From the human T2T-CHM13v2.0 reference genome, Homo sapiens, in NCBI RefSeq assembly GCF_009914755.1, contig NC_060931.1: a stretch of 64,000 nt of DNA. One strand, written 5' to 3'. The translations under genes were made by a program, and so were the position numbers. The notes under the pieces are model-generated. The model did no database searches. It was not told the origin of the DNA and saw nothing but the letters and a program-made list of their open reading frames with translations. This document shows positions 27,906-40,200 of this stretch, in pieces. The first letter of the stretch is position 1; every line of letters begins with the position of its first letter.

Positions 27906-29214
27906 CTACCTTTCTTCTCTGTGTGACAGATGTGTTATGAGGCAAGGCCGTCTAAATTGTCCTTCCAGTGTAAAGTCCATTGAATTTTTCTCCCTCCCTT
28001 TCTTTTCTACCTCAGGGACATGGAGTTAATTAATAACACGACTCTTGTCAATTCACGACATCCTGCCATCACTGGTCCTTGAGAGGCCATCTTTTATTAA
28101 CTAATGAATCAATAGAAATAATATAAAAGATGCTGAAGAAACAAATACACTCATGACACCCAGAGCACGACGGATACTTATCATTACCTGCGTTGTTCTC
28201 ATCTGCCATGTCCTTGACCTTCCCATTCCCAGGTAACTGCTGACCTGAATCGTAGCTTCATTTTCTTGCTTTTAGTTTTATAAAGCTTTACCAAAGCTCC
28301 ATTTTCCTACCAGAAATTATGACTTCTTGGTTTAAGTTGTTTTTAAGCTTATACAAAGATTTTATGCTATCTGTCATCTTTTGGGAGTTAACCTTTGCAC
28401 TCGTATTCCCATTGTTAAGATTTCATGTGTAGTCCATTGCATTGTTGAGAATGTGAATGAAATGATTGCCCATCACTAATGAGGTGCATGCTCATCTTGG
28501 CTAAATCTGGCTTTAGGTCAATGAGTAACACAGAGAAATTATTACTTTCTGGGTACCGGGCAAGTGTGTTTTATAGTTCTTGCTTATTTAGCAGGCTTTG
28601 TGGGTTTGTCCGTATTTTATGAAACCTGGAAAAGCATTTTCTTTTCTTTTTAAGTGATTGTAGATATTTACAATGATTGGGTCCTTATTTTGATGGCATT
28701 GCTGTTTTTATCTCCAGCATGTTTTTTTAATAAGAAGACCTCAATTACCATTCATGTTCAGGCAGGACAGCAGGGCTCCCTTAGGTTTATGAGAATGTTC
28801 CAGCTCACGGGAACACGGTGTAGAGAAATGAGGATTCCTTGTGGAGGATTGGTGGGAAAGAATGGGACACATGATGTGATCTAGTCTTTCCCAGATGTCT
28901 GGTAGCACACCCTCTGCCCTTCCATGATGACCAGATTGCCCCTTTCACTTGCCACCTTAAGGCTGTGTTAAGGTTCTTTTATTCCCAGGAGCCAGCTATG
29001 TGCCTGGAAAAAGAATGCATTCCTGCACTTCTCTTGCTTAACCTTTCATTCCAATGTGAAAAAAGAGTTTCAGGGCCAGGAAAGTGACAGACACACACAC
29101 ACACACACATACACACACACACACACACACACATGCACTTAACCATGTCTAGCCTAAGTTTTACCTGGACCACTGATTGGTGCAGTTGTCCCCCAGCTAG
29201 TCTCCCTGCTTCCA

Positions 29215-29683
29215 TACAGTAAGTCCTAATTTAGCATCATCCATAGGTTTTTGGAAATTGCAGCTTTCAGCGAAATGACATATAACAAAACCAGTGTTAC
29301 CATAGGCTAATTGCTATAAACAAGAGTTGAGTTCCTGGCATATTTCTGGTCCCAAAAAGATCACCAATCTTTACCTGCTTATTCCAGTTCAGGATCATGA
29401 GTGATCAGGGCAAAAGGCCTGCCCTGGACAGGACAACATTCCATCACAGGAAGCACTCACACCCACACCCACATCCACAATCACTCACACTGGGACCATG
29501 TAGACACACACATTCACCCAACTTGCACATCTTTGGGATGATGGAGGAAACCCGTGCAGACATGGGGAGGACACGCAAACTCCACACAGACAGTAGCCCC
29601 AGCTGGGAACTGATTTTTTTTTCTTTTCAACGTCATAATGAAACAATGTTGAAGGAAGCAATGTTTTTTGAGGATCCATTGTA
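29215..29683. mobile_element. MER82-like Tigger DNA transposon
   Basis: TA-CAGTAAGTCCTAATTTAGCATCATCCATAGGTTTTTGGAAATTGCAGCTTT...TTTGAGGATCCATTG-TA. Confidence 0.7.
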
Positions 29684-30114
29684 CTTGCCCTTAATCTACA
29701 ATCTATTCTCAAAACAAAAGCCAAAGAGATCCTGTCAAAACCTAAGTCAGATCCTGTCTCTCCTCTGCCCAAAACTCTCCAAAGGATTCCCCATTCAGAG
29801 GAAAAGCCAAGCCCTTCTGATGGCCCTATACCACCAGGTCCCTGTTTCTGTCTCCTCTCTGCTCCCTCTGGCCTCAAAATTTCACAAGCACTCAGGTTGG
29901 TCGCCCTTGCAGGGCCTCTGCATTTGCGTTTCTTCTGCCTGCAGTGCTCTCCCTCCAAGTCTCTGCATAGCTCACATCCTCTCTTCCTTGCTGAAGTTCT
30001 ACCATCGAAGTGATCTTATCCAGTCAACTTTTAAAAATTATAATTTCTGCTTGCCTTAAAAAGTCATCCTATACTCCCTCCATGCTTTTTTCCCTCTTCA
30101 AATCTATGATTTTT

Positions 30115-30425
30115 GGGGGTCAGCTGCAGTGACTCACTCCTGCAATCTCAGCACTTTGGGAAGCTGCATATCTTCAAGCTATCCTCCAGACAGGAGGATA
30201 GCTTGAGGCCAGGAGTTTAAGACCAGCCTGGGCAACATAGTGAGACCCTATCTCTATAAATAAATAAACAAATAAACTAGGTAGGGTGGTGCATGCCAGT
30301 AGTCCTAGCTCCTTGGGAGGTTAGGCAGGAGGATCATTTGAGCTCAAAAATTTGAGCTTACAGTGAGCTATGATTGTGCCACTGAACCCCGTTTAGGTGA
30401 CAGAATGAGATGCTGCCTCTAAAAT
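30115..30425 (+). mobile_element. Degenerate AluJ-like element
   Basis: CTGCAATCTCAGCACTTTGGGAAG...GAGGCCAGGAGTTTAAGACCAGCCTGGGCAAC...CAGTGAGCTATGATTGTGCC. Confidence 0.8.
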
Positions 30426-30742
30426 ACATACACACATATATCTATGATACCCTTTAAATCATCTGCAGTGCTCTGTGTTTTGTATGCATTTATAAATTTT
30501 TTTTTCTGTCCATCTCCCCATTTGCATCTTTCCCCATTCTCTCTTCAAGAAGGCATATATTTTACAGTGTTAAATCTGCAGCACCCATACACCTGGCACG
30601 TGGTAAGGGCTCAACAAATATTTTTAAAGGAGTAAATGAATGGAGGAATGAATGATTTTTTCTCTTTTCACCTTCGTCTGCCTCCACGGGGGAAATCTCT
30701 CTTCTGACCTACTATATAACACCTACTATCTGTGATACACAA

Positions 30743-31075
30743 CAGCAGTCCTCAACATTTTTGGCACCAGGGACCAGTTTCGTGGAAGACAGTTTTTGCA
30801 TGGGAGGTGGGGGATGGTTTTGGGATGAAACCGTTCCACCTCAGATCATCAGGCATTAGAGTCTCATAAGGAGTGCGCAACCTAGGTCCCTCGCATGTGC
30901 AGTTCACAATAGGGTTTGTGATTCTATGAGAAGCTAATGCTGTGGCTGATTGGACAGGAGGTGGAGCTCAGGTGGTAATGTTCCTTTGCAGCTACTCACC
31001 TCCTGCTGTGTGACCTGGTTCCTAATAGGCCACAGACCCATACCGGTCCACAGCCCAGGGGGTTGGGGACCCCTG
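30743..31075. mobile_element. MER1B hAT-Charlie element with 8-bp TSD
   Basis: CAGCAGTCCTCAACATTTTTGGCACCAGGGACCAG...GGGGTTGGGGACCCCTG, flanked by ATACACAA at 30735-30742 and 31076-31083. Confidence 0.9.
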
Positions 31076-31599
31076 ATACACAATCTCTTATGGAGCATAA
31101 ATCTGTCTCATGTTATTCTTTCATTATTACACATCATCCATCAGTGTGTCTTCACAGCTGGAACATGAGGGCCCCTGGACCAAGCATCATACTGTCTCCT
31201 GCAACTCTGCCCTTCTCTCTCTACATATAAGAGCACATGGCTCTTTCTCACATAGCACAACATGTTCAAAAGAGGCTTCTCAAAGAACCATTGCACGTTG
31301 AGAGGGGAAATTGCCTGGAGATTATGGTGCAATCTGCCACATTAAAGCTACGTCCTATGGAGACTGTATAGGGTGAGATAGTTGCTTCCCAAGTGTGGTA
31401 CATGTGCCAGTGGTGGTTGTAAGGTGATTTAGGTGAATGCATACCTTTCTGGTTTTGTGTTTGTTTTAATGTGTATTAGAGATTTAATAAGCACATAAAA
31501 CCCAAGATCTTGTGGCTATTACTGCTTGGGAACACTTTCCTTTTAAAATAAATTGTAAAACATGTATGTGGATTTAAAGAAAATAATACATAAGTAACT

Positions 31600-32315
31600 G
31601 TATAGGGGTTAAGGGCTGAATTGTGTCTTTCAAAACTCCTGTGTTGGGCCGGGTGCGGTGGCTCACGCCTGTAATCCCAGCACTTTGGGAGGCCGAGGTG
31701 GGCGGACTGCCTGAGGTCAGGAGTTCAAGACCAGTCTGGCAACATGGTGAAACCCCGTCTCTACTAAAAGTACAAATATTAGCTGGGCACGGTGGTGGGC
31801 GCCTGAAATCCCAGCTACTCAGGAGGCTGAGGGAGGAGAATGGTTTGAATCCGGGAGGTGGTTGTTCACTTGGCAGTGAGCCGAGATTGCGCCACTGCAT
31901 TCCAGCCCGGGCACCTGAGCGGGACTCTGTCTCAAAAAAAAAAAAAAAAAAAGAAAAAAAAATTCCCGTGTTGAAGTCCTAATGCCTGGTATTCCAGAAT
32001 GTGACTGTGTTGGATAGGGTCTTTAAAGAGGTGATGAAGTGGAAATGCAGTCATTAGGGTGGACCCTATTCCAATACAACTGATGTCTTTATAAGAAGAG
32101 ATTAGGACACAGGCACACACGGACGGCTAGCCACGTGAAGACACTGGGAGAAGGTGGCCATCTATAATAGAGGCCAGGGAGAGAGGCCTCAGGAGAAACC
32201 ATCCAGCTGACACCTCGATCTTGGTCTGTAGCCCTCAGAACTGGGAGACAATAAATGTGTTGTTTAAGCCACATGGTCTGTGGTACTTTGTATGGCAGCC
32301 CAAGCAAAGGAATAC
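31600..32315. mobile_element. MLT1A-like MaLR LTR interrupted by a sense AluS (about 31647-31962)
   Basis: GGGCTGAATTGTGTC...[Alu; TSD-like AAAACTCCTGTGTTG/AAAATTCCCGTGTTG]...GTGGTACTTTGTATGGCAGCCCAAGCAAAGGAATACA. Confidence 0.8.
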
Positions 32316-33045
32316 AATAGGTAACATGCGGAAGTGGCAAAGATTGTGAAGGTGGAACCCAGGTGACTAAGTTCGGGGAAAATGTACTGGGCTTGGTTAG
32401 AAACCCAACTTTCCCAGTACCCAGCTGTGTGGGCCTCAGCAAAATCTTAGCCTTTCTGAATCTCAGTGTCCCGTTTTAAAGAATGGGGCCAACAGTAACT
32501 ACCTAGCCAGGAAGTTGTAAGGATTAAAAGTGCAACCGTGAGTTAAGAGCTTGGTGATCAATAAATGGCAGTCTCATTACGGGAAAGCAGGCACCAAGGG
32601 GGCGAGGAACATCTCCTTTAATTTCGGTGCCCAAGAAGCAGAATGCTGGGCTTCCTTGCCCCCACCGTCAAGGCCCGCCAAGGTCAGTAGCGTTGGTGGC
32701 CCCAGAGGGGGCCGTGGTGCTGAGGGTGGACCTGAGGGGGTCACTTCCCTGTGAGTTTAGTCCTCCAGAAACAAGGAGGCAGGTATTCTTCCCATTTTAT
32801 GTCTAGGAAAATGGAGCCTCGGAGCGGAGCGGTAATTTGTCCTAGGCCTCTCAGATGACCAGGGCCAGGGTCAGAGTGAGGCCCCGAGTCCGGAGCCGTG
32901 GACGGGGCCCTAGGCGACACCAGGGCGCCCTGACTGCGGCCTCCCACTCCGAGACGCGAGTTTGCGGGACGCTCCACCCCTTCCCTCCCGCCCCAGCCCG
33001 CCAGCCCCAGGGAAGGGGAGGAGTTCTTGCCGCGCCGACGCCGCC

Positions 33046-33059
33046 GTCGCCACGGCAAC
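33046..33059. promoter_or_regulatory. RFX X-box motif
   Basis: GTCGCCACGGCAAC is a 12/14 match to the palindrome GTTGCCATGGCAAC and ends 84 bp upstream of the MINDY4 ATG. Confidence 0.7.
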
Positions 33060-33142
33060 GCGGCCATACTGCGCCGGACAGACCCAGTTGCCTGGTGCTG
33101 CGGCCCGGCGTGGGCCTCGTGGGCAGAGCCAGAGCCAGAGCC

Positions 33143-33205
33143 ATGGACAGCCTCTTCGTGGAGGAGGTGGCCGCCTCCTTGGTCAGGGAGTTCCTCAGCA
33201 GAAAG
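33143..33205 (+). CDS. MINDY4: MINDY4 (FAM188B) exon 1
   Basis: GCCATGG Kozak; MDSLFVEEVAASLVREFLSRK; donor AAG|GTAACG; 63 nt. Confidence 0.95.
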
Positions 33206-36200
33206 GTAACGGCTCGCCCCCTCCAAAGCCCAGGAAGTGGCTCTAATTTGGGGGGATCATCGGGGTCTCCCCTGAAGGCTTTGCAGCTTCTGGGAGGGCG
33301 CCCGTTCCCTACCTACTGCCTGCTCCAGAGATGCCCCAGAAGAGCGCCGCTTTCCCGGGACAGGGGAAACTACATTTCCCACGAGGCGTTTCTGCCGTCG
33401 TCACCGGGCGCTTCCGCAAGGCACGGTTTGGACCCCGTCCGCTGCCCTCCTGGGGCATCCGCGCTCCGGGGCGGCGGCAGCTGGGGAGGGGGCCTGGGGG
33501 CCGCGCCAAGCAATCCTAGCGCGGGCGCACAGCGGGCAGGCCTGCGCCCTAGCCTGGCTGCCGGCCTCCGTGCGCTACCCACGCAAGTCAGGGTCCCACT
33601 CGGAAAGAACTTCTCCCAGAGGGAACCCCAAAAGCCCAGAAAAGTTCTTGACGGTCAAACCCTTAGTCATTTTAGTCAACAGTGGGAATTCCAGTGGTTG
33701 CTTTAATTTTTGTAAGTTTTCCTATTGTCTTGTCCCAGGAGAGTTTTTGCAGTGTTCACAAGCTTGGAAGGTCCTTAGCTGTCATCTGGCCTCAGGGTGG
33801 AGATGGGGACCTCGGTGGGGAAGGAGCTCGCCGGGGGGTCTTGGGCGTGGTAGTGGAGGGGGACATACATTAGCTCATTCAGCACATGGTGACTGAGGGC
33901 TGCACTCTGTGTGTTTTGTCTGTCCTTGCAGTGTCATACTGGGCTAGGGCGATGGGTACTTGTCTTGTATGAAAACACATACACGTAATTTTTTGAATGG
34001 AGGAAAGGGGAAGGACTTTGAAGTCAGACGGAGACAATTCAAATATTTGCTACTAGTTTGCAGTGTGAACCTCAGTACTTTACTCACTGTCTCAATTTCG
34101 TTATCTGTAAAACAGGAAAGTAAGACCTACTCTTTGCAGATTTATAATGAGGATTAATATTAACATATGGGCAGCTTCCAAGCATTGGATCTGACATATA
34201 GATACAATGTGCACGTAGGTGTTCAACTTTATACCTCCTCCCACCCTCACTGTTTCTGACACCAAACAGGTGTCTCTGAAGTGCACCTGTTTGGAAAGTG
34301 TCTTTGTGTGTTTTTTATGATTTATTTTTATTTGAAAAAATTTTAAATGCGTTTGGCTTTGTCGCATCTGCCCTGTCTTTATGGCTAATTGACCTGCCAT
34401 CACCTGTCCTGGCTGCATGTTGGATATCAATTGACACACCCTGGAAAGCTGACTGTTAACATCATTTCTTTTAAGTCTGGGTCACTGAAAAAAACTCTTA
34501 GAGAGGGCTTCCTCGTGTTCTTTCTTGAGTACAAATGAAATCCAGTGTCCTCACTGACATCCAAGCCTGCCCTGTAGCTTGACCCCAGCTTACCATCTCA
34601 ATTTCATTTCTAGCCTCTCCCACATCCCTCCCCACCACCCCCCACTTGACATGGCCGAGTTCCCCTGGTCTCCTCTCCCTCGCATGTTTTATCTGGGCAC
34701 ACTAAGGCCCTAAGAGTAGAAAGGAGTTGCCCACAGTTACTCAGAAGGTCACAGTGAGCTGGGACTGCAGCCCAGGTATACTGCTTTCTCATCGCCTTCT
34801 GCTCTAGGGCAGAGACCACGTGCTCCCCACAGGGTTTTGCACAGGCAGTCATTGCACCCAGCAGTCGTAACCAAGAGAGCTGCCACCTTGGTGCCAGGTA
34901 CCTAGAAGGTGCTGGTTTGTTGTCTCAGATCCTCGTAACAGTCCTGAAAGATAGGTATAAGTATTCCCTTTCACATAAGATTATTGTGAGACCAGGAGGC
35001 CAAGAAACTTGCCCAGGGTGAGCAGGTCAGACCATGTAATTCCCCTGCTCAAACCCCTCTACTGGCTTCCCATCATAATTAGACTTCAAGTCTCTCCATT
35101 ACTTGGCTCTGGCTACCCTCAGACCTCATCTTCCATGACTGCTTGCTCCGCCCTCTACCCTTCAACCACTTTGGCCTACTTGAACTCACCAAGTGTGGTC
35201 TTCCCTCGGGGGAGTCATGATAGTCTCCTGGAGATGGCAGGGTCTGCTGAGGTGACTCTTCTGCTGCCCCAGCTTCTTGAGTCTGTGGCTCCACTCCTGC
35301 AGTGACTGTGCCATCCTCCCTCTGCCACCCTGCCCCATGGTCATGAGCTGGGCTTGTTGTTACCAGTACTGCGCCCTTTCTGTAATCTCAATTCCAAGCT
35401 TCCCACCTGTCAAAATTTCTAGCTTGTTTCCCATCATAGCCCCACGTAAACTCTTCTCCAGCCTCACCACATCTATATTGCATTGTTCCTGCCAACTTTT
35501 CACAGTCCCTCGGGCCTACCATAACCCACCTACCTCTCACCCACCCATCCTTATAATTGCACCCTCCATAACAGGTGCAGCTCTTTTGCGCTTCTCTCCT
35601 TTCATCATTCTCTTCTGACAGTAAAATTCCACTCGTCCTGCTCTACACTTGCGCCCATAGAGCTGAATGAGATTGGAGAGAAACACACACCACTATGTTG
35701 ATGGTATCACTCTAAATCCATGGCCACTCACCCTTGTGGTGCCTTATGGGTGCCTGCCCACCTGGTTGCAACTCTCCAGACTGTTTACCCTCTGAGACCC
35801 TGGATGACCATTTCATACCTTCTCTCTCTTCAAACCCTGAAGCTCCTTCCCCATCTAATTTCACTGAGAAAACAGAAGTCTTGAGAGAAGTCCAGCAGGC
35901 TCCCACTACCACACTTACTCACCTTCCTGGGCTGCACCATTCACTCTGCTCTCTTTAGTGTTCTTGTGGATGAATTCTCCATACCCCTGGTTAGGCCCAC
36001 CCCTCCATGTGTGCATGCCCTCTCTTGTGTGCTCAGGGATGTCGCTGTCTCCTGCACCATGCATTTCCCTCCTCTACTAGGTTACTCCTATCAGCACATG
36101 TTGTGCTCCTGCAGAATCCCATCTTGACCCCCAAACCCTAGCTACTGGTTTATTATTTCCTCCCTTTCTATAGAAACCCCATAAAGGACCTGTGTCTACT

Positions 36201-36689
36201 TTCATTTTAATTCTTTTCTCTGCTTTCTCGAACCCATTTTAATCAGACTTTTGTCCCCATCATTCCATGGAAATAGCTCTTCTTAGGGCCATTATTAACC
36301 TGGAATTTTTAGTCCTCGCCCTTCTTGATCTAATGATTATGTTTGTCACAGTTGATTGTGTCCTTCTGCTTGTCTTCTAGGAGACTGTCCCTCTTAGCTT
36401 TCCTCCTACTCCTCTGGGTGCTCCCTTCAGGGTCTTCGCTGGTCCCCCTAGTTTCTCTGTCCTGTGCACTCTGGTGGGCTCAAGGACTTAGTTTATGGCT
36501 CTCTTCTCTTCTTCTTTCCGTTCACTCTCAAGACATCTCAGCCAGTCTTGTGGATTCCCATACCATCTATATGCTGACAATTCCCAAATGTCTATCTCTA
36601 GCTGAGACCTCTCCTTGAACTCTTGAATTCTTACAACTGCCTATTCTACATATCTACTGGGATGTCTAACAAGCATCTCAACATGTCTC

Positions 36690-37470
36690 TGATAGTGTTT
36701 CTGCTCACACTTCAGACACCAAATGTATGGGGATTTTTCCTCCATACAAACTAAATCTCCAACTCTCCAGACACCAATTGGGTGTCGTACAATTCAAATC
36801 AGTCCTGACACTACCAAGAGTTAGTGCAGACCCTGCAGGTTAAGTCACGCTCATGACTGCCCCCACTTCAGATGCTAGTCAGAAGTCCCAAGTTGCCACC
36901 TGAACTTCTGACCAACTAGCTATAAATTGAGGGTTCCCACAACCCCCTCCACAGTTTTAATAATGTGCTAGAATGGCTCACAGAACTCGGAGAAACACTT
37001 TACTTACATTTACCAGTTTACTATAAAGGACACAATTCAGGAACAGCCAGATGGAAGAGATGCATAGGGCAAGGTGTGGGTGGAGGGTCATGGAACTTCT
37101 GTGCCGTCTTCAGCATGCTGCCCTCCCAGCACCAACCTGGGAACTGCCTGAACCCCATCATTCAGGAGATTTTGTGTCAATTCTGCTATATAGGAATGTT
37201 TGATTAAATCATTGACCATTGGTGGTTAGCTCAATCTATAGCTTCTCTTCCCTCTCTGGGAGATTGGGAGGTAGGGCTGAAAGTTCCAGCCCTCTAATCA
37301 AGGTTTGCTCTTTCTGGTGACCAGCCCCCATCCTGAAGCTATCTAGGGGTCCCCATCCACTAGTCATCACATTAGCATACAGAAGACATTCTTATCACCT
37401 TGGAGATTCCAAGGATTTTAGAATCTATGTGCCAGGAACCTGGGACACAGAACAAATATATATTTATCAT
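36690..37470. mobile_element. MER21-like LTR inserted within a long L2 tract (about 35000-38250)
   Basis: TGATAGTGTTTCTGCTCACACTTCAGACACCAAATGTATGGGG...GACTGCCCCCACTTCAGATGC...ATATTTATCATAATGTC; the flanks are L2-like. Confidence 0.6.
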
Positions 37471-38617
37471 AATGTCCAAAACTCAATTTCTGATTTCCTG
37501 TTCCTCCTACAACTGTGCCCATTGGAATAAATGGCATCTCTGTCCTTCTAGTTGCCTGGGCCCAAAACTTTGGAATTATTCTTGGCTTGTTCCTTTCTTG
37601 TGCACCTCATATCCAGTCCATCAGCAAATCTGTTGGCTTTATCATCAGAGCACATACAGAATGTAGCCACTTCTTACCACTTCTGTTGCAAACACCTTGC
37701 TCCAAGCCACCCCTTTGTTTCATGTGATTTGTGAATTGTTCAATAGCCTCCTAAATGGTTTCTCCTTAATCTCCTGCCTCCTACAGTTTATTTTCAACCT
37801 AGCAGCCAAGTGATCTTTCAAAAATATGTCAGTTCAAAATAGTAGCCTTCCCATTTCATAAAAGCCCACAAGACCTTTCCTTATGAGTCTCTGGGTGACT
37901 TCTGACTTCCTTACCTCCTTTCCCCTGCCATGCAGCTCTAGATGCACTGGCCTTTTGCAACTGGCTCAGGGCCTTTGCACTTGCTGTTCCTTGCCTGGAA
38001 CACTTTTCTCCCAAGTGTCTGTGTGGCCTGCTCTTTTGATTCCCTCATCAATCAATGATGCCTTTCCTGACCACCTTTGATAAAGTAGCAGCGCATCCCC
38101 ACACCCACCCTAGCCCTCTCTGTCTCCTTATCCTACTTTGTATGTTTTTTCCCCATATCATACTATACTTGTTGTCTCTCCCCCTATAGAGTGCAAGCTC
38201 CCTGAGGACTGGGACTTTCATCTGTTCACTGCTCTGCCTCTAGCAACTGGACTTACGGACTAGTGGTCTGTTCCCTTCGTTTCACAGATAGGGAAACTGG
38301 GACAGGAGTGAGCATGTGGATGATGCTGAACAAATAGCTGGCCATCTAAAACAGTGGCCTTCATCCTTGTCTTCCCTCTCCCTGCTTTGTCTCCCTCGTA
38401 GTGCATATTAGCAGCTGCCACACTATACATTTATGGTCTGCTTTCCCAACAGAACATCAGCTCTTATTCCTTCTGTCTCTCCTGCATCTAGAACAGAGCC
38501 TGGCACATAGGAGGTGCATGACAGGTGTTTGTTGGGCGAATGAAGTTTGAATGGGCTGGATGGGACTGAGGACTGGCTGACTCCCAAGGGCACCCTTGTC
38601 CTCTACCCCAATGGTAT

Positions 38618-38824
38618 TTCTTTTCTTTTCTTTCCTTTTCTTCTTTCTTTCTTTTTCTTTTTCTTTTTTTTTTTTAGAGATAGGGTCTCACTCTTTCATC
38701 CAGGATGGAGTGCAGTGGTGTAATCATAGCTCACTGTGGCCTTGAAGTCATGAGCTCAAAGATTCCTCCTGCCTCGGCCTCTCAAAGTTCAGGGACTGCA
38801 GGCCTATGGCACCATGCCCAGGCC
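38618..38824 (-). mobile_element. Alu right monomer (AluJ/FRAM-like)
   Basis: (CTTTT)n tail, then AGAGATAGGGTCTCACTC...CACCATGCCCAGG. Confidence 0.8.
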
Positions 38825-40080
38825 CCCGGTGGTTTTCAAATGCTGGTGTGCATCACGCTCTAGAGCCAGGGTAGGGGTGGGGTTTGTTAAATGTACAGGG
38901 CTTGCTGATTTGAACTGTTGACAGACATAAAGAATTATCCATCAGAGAGAGCCTCGTTATAGCATGTTCCACATCACTTTGACTGGAGGGAAAGCCATGG
39001 TTAAGCCCAGATGAAATGCGGGTGGTTGGTTTTGAACCCCACCTCTCCTTCAAATGGACTCTTCCCGATGCACCTAATCCACCTTTTTTCTGACCCATAT
39101 ATCCATTTCTTTCCATTTCCCTTCCCTACGGCCTCCTCTTTCCTCTGTTTGTTTCAAGATTGTGTTCTTTTAGTTTCCCAAATTGACCTTCTTAGCTAAA
39201 TTCATGGTGGGCATGGGTTTTGTCATGTTTCCCCAGCAGCTAGAGCCTCTGTAAAATTCTGAACACAAAGGCTCTGGGAGAGGCTGAAGCCTGTGTAGCA
39301 CTGGGGGTCTGGAATCCATTAAGAACAAGGAACACCCCTAACACCAGGCTGAGCTGTTGGTGAGGCATGTTCTCAGCCTCCAGCCATTTGACAATCACCA
39401 TGGCCCAGTGAGGTGGGCAGAGAGCAACTGCTGTGGTTGTTTTTCAAATAGAGAAGCCAGGCACTTGCGAACAGGACCCTCACTTCGCCAACCCCAGATT
39501 TTCCATTGCTAGAGCATGTCTCAGCTGGGCCTTGAACCTTGGTCTTCTGGCAGTTCAGGGTGGGATGATGGAAAGTGGCTTTGCTCATGACTTAGCATTT
39601 ACCAAGAGCTTCTCATGGGCCTGGGTCCCAGAGTCATGGACTCACAGTTTGGGATGGTTACAGCCCCCACCTGTGATGTGATTCCATTGTGTTACATTGG
39701 GCAAGTCAACCCCATCTCCTGGTTTCCCCATCTGAGAGTGAAGGGAATGAATATTAGCCTTTTGTTTACATTTTTTCTTTTGTTTAATTTTAAAGCTTCA
39801 TATACTATGGTTCCAAATGTAGGGCCAAACCCAGGACTCCTGTGCGCGAGTCCTGAACTCACTCCTTATCTGCGAAATGGCCTGAAAACTTCAGCCTTCA
39901 CTTAGCCCATGGGGCTGTTGTAAGAATCAGAATAATATTAATTATTGCAAAGGTGATGTCAAGTGTAAAGGTTATATGAGAATTATCTTGGTGAACATCA
40001 GGAATCGTTTGCTTGTGCTTTATGAGAACAGCGGGTTTTGATTTAAGATGGTAAACAGCGATTCAGCTTTCTTCCCTCAG

Positions 40081-40200
40081 GGCTTAAAGAAGACATGTGT
40101 GACCATGGACCAGGAACGCCCACGCTCTGACCTCAGCATAAACAACAGAAATGATCTTCGAAAGGTTTTGCATCTTGAATTTCTCTATAAGGAGAACAAG
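40081..40200 (+). CDS. MINDY4: MINDY4 exon 2
   Basis: CTTCCCTCAG|GGC; [40 protein letters not shown]; AAG|GTATGT; 120 nt, phase 0/0. Confidence 0.95.

Larger units (their letters stand above)
32810..33620 (+). promoter_or_regulatory. CpG island / MINDY4 promoter
   Basis: The only strongly CpG-dense, GC-rich stretch in the window; it spans MINDY4 exon 1. Confidence 0.9.

Noticed and set aside
29397-30059. 220-aa ORF
   Set aside because: It spans MER82-like and L2 repeat sequence.
32855-33706. 283-aa ORF in frame with MINDY4 exon 1 (96-aa N-terminal extension or intron retention)
   Set aside because: Stop codons are depleted in the CpG island, the upstream ATG is in a weak context, and only 33143-33205 has Kozak and splice support.
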